From Synechococcus sp. (GTDB lineage Bacteria; Cyanobacteriota; Cyanobacteriia; PCC-6307; Cyanobiaceae): a stretch of DNA of 64,000 bases. Position numbers and translations under genes: made by a program. The stretch spans positions 1,120,136 through 1,184,135 of the forward strand of contig JBJBDC010000001.1 in assembly GCA_047285535.1 (NCBI GenBank), in the 5' to 3' direction. Within the stretch, counting starts at the first letter, position 1; each line of letters begins with the position of its first letter. The notes beneath the pieces were generated by a model that searched no databases, was not told the DNA's origin, and saw only the letters and a list, made by a program, of their open reading frames with translations. Positions 63,364-64,000 of this stretch are shown one piece after another.

Positions 63364-63750
63364 TTAGCGCCAAATGATGCGAAGGCGATTGGGAGCGATC
63401 CATTGATCCTGTTCGTCCATGAGCCTCTCTCTTCCACCCAGTGTGAACAAGTAATCAAAACGTTGCTGTAGAGCATGAAGCTTGTTGGTCTCAACATCCA
63501 CAACAGCGGCCAGCTCTGCATGACGATCTAACCGCTCCTGATAAGCGATAGACAGCCTGACAAGACTGACGACCCCAAGGCTGATTAATCCCACTTTCAA
63601 GGCCAAAGCGAGGCTGCTACAGAGCAGGTCTCGACGATCGCCCTGATTCTGAATCAGTGCAGCCCGAGTTGCAGCATCGACCGCTTCCGCGGGGAAGCGA
63701 TCAGATGCACTTGATCGATGTCGTGTTGACGGTTGAGCGTCCTTAGCCAT
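63364..63750 (-). CDS. Conserved cyanobacterial membrane/coiled-coil hypothetical protein
   Basis: One TM helix, a coiled coil and the terminal LMDEQDQWIAPNRLRIIW; lies between psaM and por. Confidence 0.7.
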   Translation of the reverse strand: MAKDAQPSTRHRSSASDRFPAEAVDAATRAALIQNQGDRRDLLCSSLALALKVGLISLGVVSLVRLSIAYQERLDRHAELAAVVDVETNKLHALQQRFDYLFTLGGRERLMDEQDQWIAPNRLRIIWR

Positions 63751-63811
63751 GTCCGCTTCTAACGCAGCGGACAAAGACTGCAAGGGCTCATCGTTGACCT
63801 AGACGTCTAAT

Positions 63812-63916
63812 TCATGCCCGATACAAGCTCACACAAAGTCGCACAGCCAACACACCAGCATGTGCAGCCACCACTAACGCGATGAAAATCTCAGCTTGAG
63901 TAATAGAGCTCACCAT
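63812..63916 (-). CDS. psaM: Photosystem I reaction centre subunit XII
   Basis: Translated by hand (below the ORF-track cutoff): MVSSITQAEIFIALVVAAHAGVLAVRLCVSLYRA. Confidence 0.93.
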   Translation of the reverse strand: MVSSITQAEIFIALVVAAHAGVLAVRLCVSLYRA

Positions 63917-64000
63917 GAAGGATCCATAAAGCTCTTCCATTCTTTCCCCTCCACCCCTCTGCAAGCCATCATTCGCAAAGGCCTGTCACACCTCCATGGA

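Overview
Chromosomal window from a marine picocyanobacterium, most consistent with marine Synechococcus (form IA RuBisCO, alpha-carboxysome cso operon, NDH-1(4) CO2-uptake genes, chlNBL plus por, psaM). The core backbone (petJ2-yciI-trpA-ndhL, pyrC, SulP/BicA, gor, dnaA, htrA, hisG, gloB, futC, cbbX, cso/rbc, chlNBL/por) carries three accessory blocks. (1) A ~9.3 kb cluster directly after tRNA-Leu(UAA): GH63-type glycoside hydrolase, GMC oxidoreductase with a Cys cluster, DoxX, VOC protein, glucose-1-dehydrogenase-like SDR, GlcG/HbpS protein, Nif11-type peptide, gluconolactonase and cupin. (2) A CuA-less alternative respiratory terminal oxidase (ARTO) operon with two DUF2231 genes upstream and, downstream, a paralogous GMC that has lost its catalytic His/Asn and its Cys cluster. 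Blocks 1 and 2 together suggest a possibly undescribed sugar-oxidation-to-respiration system. (3) A visibly AT-rich ~5.9 kb insert inside the carbon-concentrating locus (between pcd/cbbX and cupB) encoding flavodoxin, an NADPH-independent-type thioredoxin reductase, an IsiC-like hydrolase, an extra ferredoxin and a small HTH protein. Also seen: a CsoS2-like peptide in the CsoSCA N-terminus and decayed pseudogenes. No integrase, transposase, CRISPR array or rRNA was recognised. All calls come from reading motifs by eye; no database search was run.
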